NCBI GenBank assembly: GCA_039189765.1
Contig: JBCCYL010000005.1
Coordinates: forward strand, 102,800 to 166,799
Origin: Cyanobacteria bacterium P01_F01_bin.150
GTDB taxonomy: Bacteria; Cyanobacteriota; Cyanobacteriia; CAKZMO01
DNA length: 64,000 nucleotides
Direction: 5' to 3'
Shown here: in pieces, positions 17,879 to 26,140 of the stretch
Layout of the letters: every line of letters starts with the position of its first letter
How positions within the stretch are numbered: position 1 is the stretch's first letter
Notes under the pieces: generated by a model
What the model saw: the letters and a program-made list of their open reading frames with translations, nothing else
Databases searched by the model: none
What the model was told of the DNA's origin: nothing
Translations under genes and position numbers: made by a program

Positions 17879-19975
17879 ATGGGTCGTGAGTCCTCTCCCC
17901 GCAGCAGAGTTGCGAATCCTTTTACGGGTGGTCAAAAGGATAGTTTTGGCCAGTCGTTTGGGTCGCGGAGGTCTGGACAACGTCCGAATTTTGGGGAAGA
18001 AGAGACCGATGCAGGGGCTGCGGCTAATACTGTGATGTCGATGGAGAGGGCGATCGCGCTTCAGGCCCATTTTATGGAAGCGTCGGGGCTGGGGGCTGTG
18101 ATTCAACGGCAAACGGAAGGGGAAGAGGAAGAACTTCAGCGACAGCCGGAGGAAGAGGAAACGCTCTCTCCCAAACTCAATGTTGCCCAACTGCAACGGC
18201 AGTATGACGAGCAGCAACAGGCTATGCTACAGCGCCAGCCGGAGGAAGAAGAGGAAACGCTCTCTCCCAAACTCAATGTTGCTCAACTGCAACGGCAGTA
18301 TGACGAGCAGCAACAGGCTATGCTACAGCGCCAGCCGGAGGAAGAGGAAGAGCTGCGGACTCGCCTATCGGTTCAACCGAAACTCACCATTGGCCAACCG
18401 GGGGATAAGTATGAGCAAGAGGCCGATCGCACGGCAGCGAAGGTGATGGCGATGCCGGATTCGATCGTTCAGGCGTTTGGGGGTTCGGGGGTTCAAGAGT
18501 TTGGGGATTCAGAGGTTAGCAAGCAAGGTGAACCCCAGTTCCAGCGTCGAATCAATGTAACTGCATCGATTCAGCGAAACCCAACCGAAGACGAAGAGCT
18601 AGCCCAACCAAAACTCCATAACTCCATAACTCCCCAACTCCATAACTCCATAACTCCCCAACTCCATAACCCCATAACTCCCCAACTCCATAACTCCCCA
18701 ACTCTCCAAGCCAAAGGGCAAGCGCCTACAGCACCTGAGAACTTCGAAACCCAACTCGCCCAACACAAAGGCAGCGGTCAACCGCTATCGGACGAGGCGC
18801 GATCGTTTATGGAACCTCGTTTTGGGACTGACTTTAGCAATGTGCGGGTGCATGAAACGCCTGATTTAGCTAACTCGATTCAGGCCCAAGCGTTTACCCA
18901 CGGGCAGGATATTTATTTTAATTCAGGGAAATATAATCCGGGGTCAAGTGGTGGAAAAGAATTGTTGGCACATGAGTTGACTCACGTGGTGCAGCAAAAA
19001 GAGGCTGCTACAGTCATATCTCTACAACGAGAGGTAAAATCTCAAGCAAATGCACCAGTAGATCGAGTTATTATTCTATGTGACAAATGGAACGTACGTG
19101 AACAGCCTTCACGTTCTGCATCAAAACTTGGAACCTTAAAGTACGGTGAAAAGGTTCCTCTCAAAGGGAAAAAGACGGAAAATTGGCTAGAGATTGAATA
19201 TTTAGGAAAGACTGGCTTTATTTATAAAAAATCTTGGATAAAAATTCAACGGAATGATGATCCTCAAACAGATCCCGCTGCTCTTGGTTATGTTGGACTC
19301 AACCCAGAAGCCCATAAGGAAGCCGATGCACTTGAAAGTAGTTCAAAAGATACAGTAAATATTTCTCTAGATGAACCAACAGAACATGAAAATTATGATG
19401 CTTTAGACAAGCAGGAAAAGTTTGTCGTATCCCAATTAGGCGTTACCCCAAAACACCCTAAATTTCAGACTATCCTGAATTGTATAGAAAAATGCGATCC
19501 GGGTTTTCGAGAGCAAATGGCTGATCTGTTAATGATGTTTCGTAGTGCAGAATTAGGAAAATATAGCCTTGAGCGGCTAGTCTTTTCTGGGCATCACTAT
19601 GATGAGGGTGATTCTCATGCAGCTCAAAATGGCGTAGATACTTTAGCTGTGTGGGGAGAAGAGTTTTCGTCCGGTCAAATGAAGTCTAGTAAAGATTTAA
19701 AGAATTTAGTTACGGCTTTTCCGAAAGCTGCAGCTCAAGTCAAGGATATTATGTTTTCAGCTTGTAATTCAACAAAGCAAGTTGATCTTTGCAAACAATT
19801 TTTTCCTAATCTCAAGACCGTTTGGGCTTATAAGGGGAGTTCACCAAGTGTTAAGCAAGGTTCTTCAAGACACGTTGAACGTTGGAATAGCAGGACTGAA
19901 GGGGATAATATGCCAACCAAACGAGACAGAAAAGGTAAGATTGCGATATGGATAAAAGGCAGAGGCTTTATTTAG
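17879..19975 (+). CDS. DUF4157 (eCIS core domain) protein with SH3b-like domain and C-terminal putative toxin/peptidase domain
   Basis: QPKLTIGQPGDKYEQEAD; GSGQPL..FMEPRFG.DFSNVRVH..AQAFTHGQDIYF..LLAHELTHVVQQ; WNVREQPS..KLGTL..G..V..WLEIEY.GKTGFI (SH3b); LVFSGHH...IMFSACNS. Confidence 0.85.
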   Translation: MGRESSPRSRVANPFTGGQKDSFGQSFGSRRSGQRPNFGEEETDAGAAANTVMSMERAIALQAHFMEASGLGAVIQRQTEGEEEELQRQPEEEETLSPKLNVAQLQRQYDEQQQAMLQRQPEEEEETLSPKLNVAQLQRQYDEQQQAMLQRQPEEEEELRTRLSVQPKLTIGQPGDKYEQEADRTAAKVMAMPDSIVQAFGGSGVQEFGDSEVSKQGEPQFQRRINVTASIQRNPTEDEELAQPKLHNSITPQLHNSITPQLHNPITPQLHNSPTLQAKGQAPTAPENFETQLAQHKGSGQPLSDEARSFMEPRFGTDFSNVRVHETPDLANSIQAQAFTHGQDIYFNSGKYNPGSSGGKELLAHELTHVVQQKEAATVISLQREVKSQANAPVDRVIILCDKWNVREQPSRSASKLGTLKYGEKVPLKGKKTENWLEIEYLGKTGFIYKKSWIKIQRNDDPQTDPAALGYVGLNPEAHKEADALESSSKDTVNISLDEPTEHENYDALDKQEKFVVSQLGVTPKHPKFQTILNCIEKCDPGFREQMADLLMMFRSAELGKYSLERLVFSGHHYDEGDSHAAQNGVDTLAVWGEEFSSGQMKSSKDLKNLVTAFPKAAAQVKDIMFSACNSTKQVDLCKQFFPNLKTVWAYKGSSPSVKQGSSRHVERWNSRTEGDNMPTKRDRKGKIAIWIKGRGFI
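18143..18351 (+). repeat. Tandem 93/96-bp intragenic duplication
   Basis: Near-identical units starting at 18143 and 18236, plus a partial unit at 18332, encoding QPEEEE(E)TLSPKLNVAQLQRQYDEQQQAMLQR. Confidence 0.9.
18612..18707 (+). repeat. Octamer tandem repeat translated as LHNSITPQ
   Basis: (AACTCCAT)2(AACTCCCC) 24-nt period; complement of the octamers at 4720-4775. Confidence 0.9.
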
Positions 19976-19976
19976 C

Positions 19977-20365
19977 GCGATCGCCCTCGCGTAGTAGCAT
20001 GACACATCTAAAATAAGGCATTAGAAAGCTGATATATCTTTTGCTTTCAAAGCCTTGAGCCTGAATCCTAATGCCCTATTTTCGCAGTGCCACGGTAAGT
20101 AGTAGCGTGACAACTCTAAAATGGTGCATTACGCTGTCGCTAATGGCACCCTACGCGATCGCATGCTGCATATGGCATAGGATGTGTTAGGCGATAGCCG
20201 TAACGCATCGAGATAATGCATAAATTTAGTCGTGTCATTCTAGTAGTATGCATTAGCATAACGAAATGGAACGTAATGTACTTTAATTCTCTGGGTATAA
20301 GGACGGTGGATTACGCTATCGCTAATCCACCCTAATGAAGTTCTTGTGGTGATCGCATCTCGTAA
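19977..20365 (+). repeat. HIP1/REP composite repeat, copy D (degenerate, interrupted)
   Basis: GCGATCGCCCTCGCGTAG at 19977. After removing 19995-20246 it continues TATGCATTAGC...CGGTGGATTACGCTATCGCTAATCCACCCTA...TTCTTGTGGTGATCGCATC, as in copies A and B. Confidence 0.75.
19995..20246. mobile_element. Two adjacent MITE-like elements
   Basis: Both start TAGC(A/G)TGACA...TCTAAAAT and end in imperfect inverted copies (ATTTTCGCAGTGCCACGGTAAGTA; ATTTAGTCGTGTCATTCTAGTA). Junctions are at TAG. Confidence 0.6.
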
Positions 20366-20591
20366 TGTCAATTCTTGATAGCGGCGCAATTAACCTATGT
20401 AGACTTCATTAGGATAAAAGATTAACATAGTAACTGTTCTCATATCAGTTTAAATGCGACCTCATCAATAATGCAACTCATCCTAAGTACTTGAGGGTAC
20501 AGTTGGCAAGGCATGTGATACTAATTTACGCTGACTCTGAAGTACGCTTGCTATATCCATACAAAGGAAGAACAAATAATCAACAATAACA

Positions 20592-22325
20592 TTATTTACC
20601 TATGATTTTACTCTTTAAATCAGTGCATTTCTTATTATTTTTGAAGAAAATACCTAATCGAGTTGAAGATGGTAGTCTTTTAAGTTGATTATGAACGGCA
20701 TCCAACTTACATTCAATAATTTGAGGTAAAAATAGTTCATAATCTTCATGCTTTATATCATCTTGAAAGATATTAATACTACCTTGATTGATATCATGAA
20801 AAACAAGATGGGTGAGAAAAAAATTACCATGAATAGTTATCTTATTCACTAATTTAGATTCATTACTTCTGTCCTGTAGATGCTTCTTCACACTTCTATA
20901 GACTTCAATACTGCGCCACAAATTTAGAGGGGATACTCCAGCGTTAAAAATTCTTTTGTAGAGTGAAGAAGACGTATCGGCCCAAAATTCAGAAACGTCT
21001 TTTTTGAGAATTACGACTAAATTCAAATCATCATTATTACAGACTAATGCTTCTGTAGCTTCTAATAACGTGCAAGAATTTTCACTACTAATCATTTCAT
21101 CTGATCGCTTGTAGAAATAGGTCTTATTTCTATCCCATGTTTTTAGCTCTCTAGCTAATTTTCGTTGAATTGGATCCAATGCTAGGAAGTCCCGATTTTC
21201 AACATGATTTTGAGTATTGGAAGCTTTAGTAATATCAAGACCAAAATTTTCAGGACAGTCTTCTAAAGATATTAGCTTTATTAATACTTCAGTTTGTTCA
21301 AGGTTTTCTCGTGCTTCATCTGTCCCCTCCCTGTAGTATCGCCCAATACTGCCAATTGTTTGGGCTCCATTAATGATACTAAGTCCTTTGCACGTAAAAT
21401 CGTCATTAAGTCTCTTCACGCCTTTTGTTTTTCTCCGAATTTCCTGACATAAAGCTGTGATACCATTATTGAAATACCAAAATGATGTTGGGTCCTCTTT
21501 CAGAGTTCGGGTAATATCATCATTTGCTTTAGTTTGTCCTATAAACTCTCTAAGGTTCTGAGAAAATAAGTTATTGCGGTGCTTGATCCATAACTCTGCT
21601 AATTCTAGAGCAGAAATAGAACCATAAAAAGCTGTAGGGTCATCCATTTTTCCCCAATTCGATAAGTTTATATTAGCCTCTATATTCAGCTTGTTTGCAT
21701 TTTCTACAGCCGTTTTATAGGCTATATCCTTATCAAACAACTGATATGAAAAAATTTCATCATCTTCGTTAGTATTTAAGTCTCCTACCAAATCCTCTAA
21801 GCACTTTCGACTTGTTTTGGTTAAACCCTGCCCCGTATGAGTAATAACGATGTTTACTTTTACTCCAAATGTTGACAAGGCACACTCTGTTTCCTCTTTT
21901 TTTTGGCAAAGCCGAGAATTAGGTCTGTCTAGATTATCTTCAATTAAATTTCTAACTCCTGTAGCAAAATTATTAATGTCTTTATATTCAGGCTGACCAG
22001 TCCCTTTCTTGATCCATTTAGATTGAATAAACCAAAGAACATTATCGTTTTTGTGCCAAAAGATTGCATCTATTCCATTGTCCCCTTGGCCATCAACGAT
22101 GGATTCAGCGGCTTCATTTGCTCCAATACCTGCTAAAGCATACAAAGTATAAGCGGCAAACCCACGACTTAAGAATGCAGTAGCTTTATCAACGCGTGAG
22201 CCTTCTAAATCTGTTAAATCAATTAAGTCTTCTCCAAAAAGCCGCTTAATTTCTCCCTGAAGTTGTTTTACTGCAAACTTTTGGGTATCGTTACTTGGAG
22301 CCATGTAACTAAAAATCTCATTCAA
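20592..22325 (-). CDS. AIPR family protein (abortive infection / RM-associated)
   Basis: DGQGDNGIDAI, IQSKW, NLREFIG, FWYFNNGITALC, IINGAQT, ASNTQN.V..RDF; AT-rich. Start uncertain (TTG). Confidence 0.88.
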   Translation of the reverse strand: MNEIFSYMAPSNDTQKFAVKQLQGEIKRLFGEDLIDLTDLEGSRVDKATAFLSRGFAAYTLYALAGIGANEAAESIVDGQGDNGIDAIFWHKNDNVLWFIQSKWIKKGTGQPEYKDINNFATGVRNLIEDNLDRPNSRLCQKKEETECALSTFGVKVNIVITHTGQGLTKTSRKCLEDLVGDLNTNEDDEIFSYQLFDKDIAYKTAVENANKLNIEANINLSNWGKMDDPTAFYGSISALELAELWIKHRNNLFSQNLREFIGQTKANDDITRTLKEDPTSFWYFNNGITALCQEIRRKTKGVKRLNDDFTCKGLSIINGAQTIGSIGRYYREGTDEARENLEQTEVLIKLISLEDCPENFGLDITKASNTQNHVENRDFLALDPIQRKLARELKTWDRNKTYFYKRSDEMISSENSCTLLEATEALVCNNDDLNLVVILKKDVSEFWADTSSSLYKRIFNAGVSPLNLWRSIEVYRSVKKHLQDRSNESKLVNKITIHGNFFLTHLVFHDINQGSINIFQDDIKHEDYELFLPQIIECKLDAVHNQLKRLPSSTRLGIFFKNNKKCTDLKSKIIGK

Positions 22326-22330
22326 ACTGT

Positions 22331-22373
22331 ATCATCATTATTTCTAGCATATATTTCTCTGAATAATGATGAT
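22331..22373. promoter_or_regulatory. 12-bp inverted repeat upstream of the AIPR gene (possible operator)
   Basis: ATCATCATTATT-N19-AATAATGATGAT. Confidence 0.4.
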
Positions 22374-22459
22374 GTAATCCTGCTTAATTCTAGAAAGATA
22401 TGGAAATAGGGTTTGACGACAAAGCTCTGGGTTTCTACGCATAGCTATCGTCTTGCTTA

Positions 22460-22943
22460 GATCGCCCTCGCGTAGGGAGTATTAGCGTAACGAAGTGGAG
22501 CGCAATGCACCATTATTTCTCGGGATGTGGGATCGGGGGATTACGCGATCGCCAATCCACCCTACGTGATTGGTTTTCTCTTGTGGCGATCGCATCCCGC
22601 AAACGCGATCGCACCATTCTGGATTTTGGAGCGCGATCAATTTGGGCAGAGTTGTAAAGGAGCGATTTCCTTTCGGTAAGGCTAACGCCAACGCTTTGGG
22701 TGGGGAAGGGCGATCGCATTGAGTGAAGTGGAAAAGGGGCGATCGCCCTGGATACTATAAGCAGCAATACGTGCAGAGCAAAAGCAATCCAAGGCTATTG
22801 ATAAGTCCCTTTGTCAAAGACATGGCTTTAGCCAAAGGCCATAGTAGGGAAAGGAAGGCAAAACGAAGGGGAAGGGCGATCGCAGCGACGAGAAACCAAG
22901 ACAATATATGGGATCAGGGGAAGAAATATATGTTGTCTAGATG
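22460..22943 (+). repeat. HIP1/REP composite repeat, copy A (~480 bp)
   Basis: Aligns by eye with 24473-24766 and 25701-26140; contains multiple GCGATCGC. Confidence 0.92.
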
Positions 22944-22960
22944 ATAATCCAAAGATCATG

Positions 22961-23299
22961 TTAGGCGATCGCAAACTCTGTATATTGTCGAACATGGGGA
23001 GGATGAAACGCTAACACAATATCTTGGGATTTGATGCCTCGTTGCATTAACTCTGTTGCGATTCCATCTTCTGTCCAATCTTCCTCAACCCAGATTTTTT
23101 CATCCTTTATTCTTATATGAATCATGGCACTTTTAATACGCTCATCTTGTTTCCATCCCATTAGCATTAATAAATAATGATCTCGCTCTTCATCAAACAT
23201 TAAGCAACTTTCAACTTCGGATCTAGACTTTTGATTTATTTGATGATATTCACATAGAATATTTTGAATAGCCTGACGGTATTCTACTCTTTTATCCAT
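22961..23299 (-). CDS. xisI: XisI family protein
   Basis: MDK..YRQAIQ.IL.EY, FDEERDHYLL...GW, IHIRIKDEKIWVEEDWTEDGIA.EL...GI...DIVLAFHPP..R.YTEFA. Confidence 0.92.
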   Translation of the reverse strand: MDKRVEYRQAIQNILCEYHQINQKSRSEVESCLMFDEERDHYLLMLMGWKQDERIKSAMIHIRIKDEKIWVEEDWTEDGIATELMQRGIKSQDIVLAFHPPHVRQYTEFAIA

Positions 23300-23431
23300 T
23301 GTTCAATCACCTCATGCTCAGCATCAAAAATCAGTAAATTTACTTGATTACGCCTCACAATCATTAATATTCCAGCCATCTTTAATCAACGCAAATCGAA
23401 CAGCATTGTGATAAATATCTTTGGCAGGCAT
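23284..23431 (-). pseudogene. xisH: XisH family gene with large internal deletion and frameshift
   Basis: N-terminus MPAKDIYHNAVRFALIKDGWNI joined out of frame to the C-terminus IVRRNQVNLLIFDAEHEVIEQWIKE*, which overlaps the xisI start. Confidence 0.85.
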
Positions 23432-23748
23432 TGGCAGCAAATAGTTGTTATACCCACAAGTTTAGCTTATTGCGATCGCGTAGGACGCATTAGCGAAACA
23501 AAGAGCATACGGTTGTTTCTTGCCCCTGCTTCTGCTATGCTCTGCTGTCAAGCGCTCAAAAACGCGAAAAGCGTCCCCTAGATGTGCTAGAGACACAGCT
23601 AGAGGACTAACCACCCCATCTGAGAAAGCAGACGGACTGGCTATCAGGTATTATGACACTCCTGAACGCCATCCCATATTGTTCTGCAATATTTTTGGGA
23701 TGGCGTGTCCTTTGGGTGCTCCTAAAACAACAAAACAGGAGTGTTCTA

Positions 23749-24018
23749 ATGACGACATCCATTAACCAAGCCCAGCGGCTCGGCGACTTTGTGCAGCCCA
23801 ATGTCCCAGACCATGGAGAAGCTGAAATCCTGCGTGTGATTGCTATCGGTTCCCCCCCCGTGGTCAACCAGCACATCATCAAGATGTATCAGCTTGGTTA
23901 TGCTGAACCCCATGAGTGGTCACAGCCCTTGCCTGCCCCCAGCTCGACAACCGAAGTGATGCGCATTCTGACCAAACGCATCGTTGGGCTTAAATCGTTA
24001 GCCAGTAACCCAGTATAA
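23749..24018 (+). CDS. Small conserved cyanobacterial hypothetical protein
   Basis: AGGAG RBS; LRVIAIGSPPVV...I..MYQLGYAEPHEWS.PLP...EVMRILTKRI. Confidence 0.7.
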   Translation: MTTSINQAQRLGDFVQPNVPDHGEAEILRVIAIGSPPVVNQHIIKMYQLGYAEPHEWSQPLPAPSSTTEVMRILTKRIVGLKSLASNPV

Positions 24019-24192
24019 GTTCTGCGTTGGGTCAGGAGACCTGACCCCTACCGTGGCTAAATACCCTGTAGGGGCGCGGTCTCCGCGCCTAATGCAGAGC
24101 GGTTAGCAATCGGCATTGTTCACCGAAACTGCATGAATCAATGGATGCCAGAACCCTGGGATCTTTGCAAAGGGCGATCGCCTTTTTCAAGG

Positions 24193-24469
24193 TTAGTGCT
24201 CTGCCATCCATGCTAAAAACGCTAAAATTTGGCCAACGGGCGGCAGCGGATAATCAAATAGATCGATAGTCAACTGCTGCTCTTCCAATTGCATAAAGCG
24301 CCACTGGGTGCCATTGCTGACACAACCGTAAATGGTGGTAATATCTTGGCCCTTCACCTGGTTAAAGCGCTGAGCAGCAATCATTTCAGCAGCGCATTGG
24401 CCCAGCCCAGCCTTCAAATCTGCCTTTTTGGCCTCCACCAAAATAAAGACCGGAGCTTCGATTTCAATC
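24193..24469 (-). pseudogene. C-terminal half of a PD-(D/E)XK-like cyanobacterial protein, 5'-truncated at repeat B
   Basis: EAPVFILVEAKK.DLKAGLGQCAAEMIAAQRFN...IYGCVSNG.QWRF. The upstream part of the tracked ORF is repeat DNA. Confidence 0.7.
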
Positions 24470-24472
24470 AGC

Positions 24473-24766
24473 GCGATCGCCCTCGCGTAGGGTGCATTAG
24501 CGTAACGCAGTGGAGCGTAATGCACCTTAATTAAAATTACCTGGGCCTGGAATCGGTGGATTACGCGATCGCCAATCCACCCTACGTGATTGGTTTTCTC
24601 TTGTGGCGATCGCATCCCGCAAACGCGATCGCACCATTTTGGATTTTGGAGCGCGATCAATTTGGGCAGAGTTGTAAAGGGGCGATTTCCTTTCAGGAAG
24701 GCTAACGCCAACGCTTTGGGTGGAGAAGGTCGATCGCATTGAGTGAAGTGGAAAAGGCGCGATCGC
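24473..24766 (+). repeat. HIP1/REP composite repeat, copy B (~295 bp, HIP1 at both ends)
   Basis: Near-identical to the first ~290 bp of copy A; similarity stops at GCGATCGC 24759-24766. Confidence 0.92.
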
Positions 24767-24870
24767 TATTTGGGAGAGGGGGCGATCGCTTTAGGTGGAG
24801 AGAAAGGGGCGATCGCACATCTTCACAGAAATGATTATCTACCTAATGTCTGGGGCGATCGCTCAAATAC

Positions 24871-24876
24871 TATAAT
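24871..24876 (+). promoter_or_regulatory. Candidate -10 box (TATAAT) for the toxin-immunity pair
   Basis: Consensus hexamer ~45 nt upstream of ATG 24919. Confidence 0.45.
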
Positions 24877-24918
24877 AAAGACAGATCTTTAATAAAACGA
24901 GGTGCAACATCCCAACGA

Positions 24919-25284
24919 ATGCCAGCCCAACCACACATTGCCTGGATACATGCAGAAATTGGAGACATTGTTACTCGCTTTCCACTGTTGCATTGTGAAG
25001 AATGCGCCTGTACCCTTAAAAAGTGGCTTCAATCTCAAAATATTCCTGGTAAGGTGTGGCGAATTTCTACAAAATATGATGACGAAGACTTTATTCTCAG
25101 CGATCGCCTCGAACAGAAAGGATGTGTTGAAAGCATTACGGAAAATGGAACACACTATGGAGTTGAGGTCTTTGGCAAAATATTTGATAACCTTTCCTCT
25201 CAAGGTCTTTCTAATGAGGATTGGGTCAATGATTTTACCTCCTTGTCTAATGAGTTTAATGTCGATGTTATTGAAGAGTTTTAG
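24919..25284 (+). CDS. Papain-fold toxin domain protein (Tox-PL-2-like)
   Basis: C..CA (CEECA), then SITENG.HYGVEV.G..FDN: Cys/His/Asp order of papain-fold toxins. Confidence 0.75.
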   Translation: MPAQPHIAWIHAEIGDIVTRFPLLHCEECACTLKKWLQSQNIPGKVWRISTKYDDEDFILSDRLEQKGCVESITENGTHYGVEVFGKIFDNLSSQGLSNEDWVNDFTSLSNEFNVDVIEEF

Positions 25285-25329
25285 TTTAACTAATCAATCC
25301 TTATTAAATTGATGAGACCATAGAATATT

Positions 25330-25692
25330 ATGAGTACTTTATTCCCTCTCTTAGAAAAAATAAAGACAAAACCAGGGCTATATATTGGAACATCATCCAT
25401 TATCCATCTGCGAATGTTTATTGTCGGTTATCGCTTTGCTCGAAAAGAAATGGGTGTCGAAATGACAGAAGCGGAAGGCGACTTTTACAAGAACTTCCAG
25501 CCTTGGCTACAAAATCGTTTGTCTATCCAGACCGTGAGTTCTTGGGATAAACTCATTCAATTAACCTGCATTGATGACAAAGCTGCTTTTGATTACTTCT
25601 TTCAGCTATTGGAAGAGTTTATTCAACGAGATCAAAGCCAAGATATCGAACCTATCTTATCTAATCCAACCTCACCATCAAAAGTTGCATAA
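25330..25692 (+). CDS. Hypothetical helical protein, candidate immunity partner
   Basis: LLEKIKTKPGLYIG..SI..L.MFI.GY, FQPWLQ, SW..LI, AFDYFFQLLEEF; co-oriented 45 nt after the toxin gene. Confidence 0.6.
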   Translation: MSTLFPLLEKIKTKPGLYIGTSSIIHLRMFIVGYRFARKEMGVEMTEAEGDFYKNFQPWLQNRLSIQTVSSWDKLIQLTCIDDKAAFDYFFQLLEEFIQRDQSQDIEPILSNPTSPSKVA

Positions 25693-25700
25693 ACGTCAGC

Positions 25701-26140
25701 GCGATCGCGTAGGTTATTTGGGCATAGGATCGGTGGATTACGCGATCGCGAATCCACCCTGCGTGATTATTTTTCTTTTGTGGCGATCGCATCCCGCAAA
25801 CGCGATCGCACCATTTTGGATTTTGGAGCGCGATCGATTTGGGCAGCGTTGTAAAGGAGCGATTTCCTTTCAGGAAGGCTAACGCCAACGCTTCGAGTGG
25901 GGAAGGGCGATCGCATTGAGTGAAGTGGAAAAGGAGCGATCGCTCTGGATACTATAAGCGGCAGTACGTGCAGAGCAAAGGAAATCCAAGGCTATTGATG
26001 AGTCCCCCTGTCAAGGACATGGCTTTAGCCAAATGCCATAGTGGGGAAAGGAAGGCCAAACGAAGGAGAGGGGCGATCGCAGCGACGGGAAACCAAGACA
26101 ATATATGGGATCAGGGGAAGAAATATATGTTGTCTAGATG
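25701..26140 (+). repeat. HIP1/REP composite repeat, copy C (~440 bp), cut by IS4
   Basis: Matches copy A through ...TGTTGTCTAGATG, exactly where the IS begins. Confidence 0.92.

Noticed and set aside
22755..22823. 22-aa hydrophobic minus-strand peptide (MSLTKGLINSLGLLLLCTYCCL) as a type I toxin
   Set aside because: Copy C changes it to ...GFPLLCTYCRL, no clear RBS; insufficient support.
22745..26140. DGR template/variable repeat pair (copy A versus C differ often at A)
   Set aside because: Differences are mostly G/A and C/T transitions consistent with decay of copy A, non-A positions also differ, and no reverse transcriptase is present.
19977..26140. Classical integron
   Set aside because: No IntI, no recognisable attC (RYYYAAC...GTTRRRY) boundaries, and cargo genes lie in both orientations. 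Kept only as an analogy.
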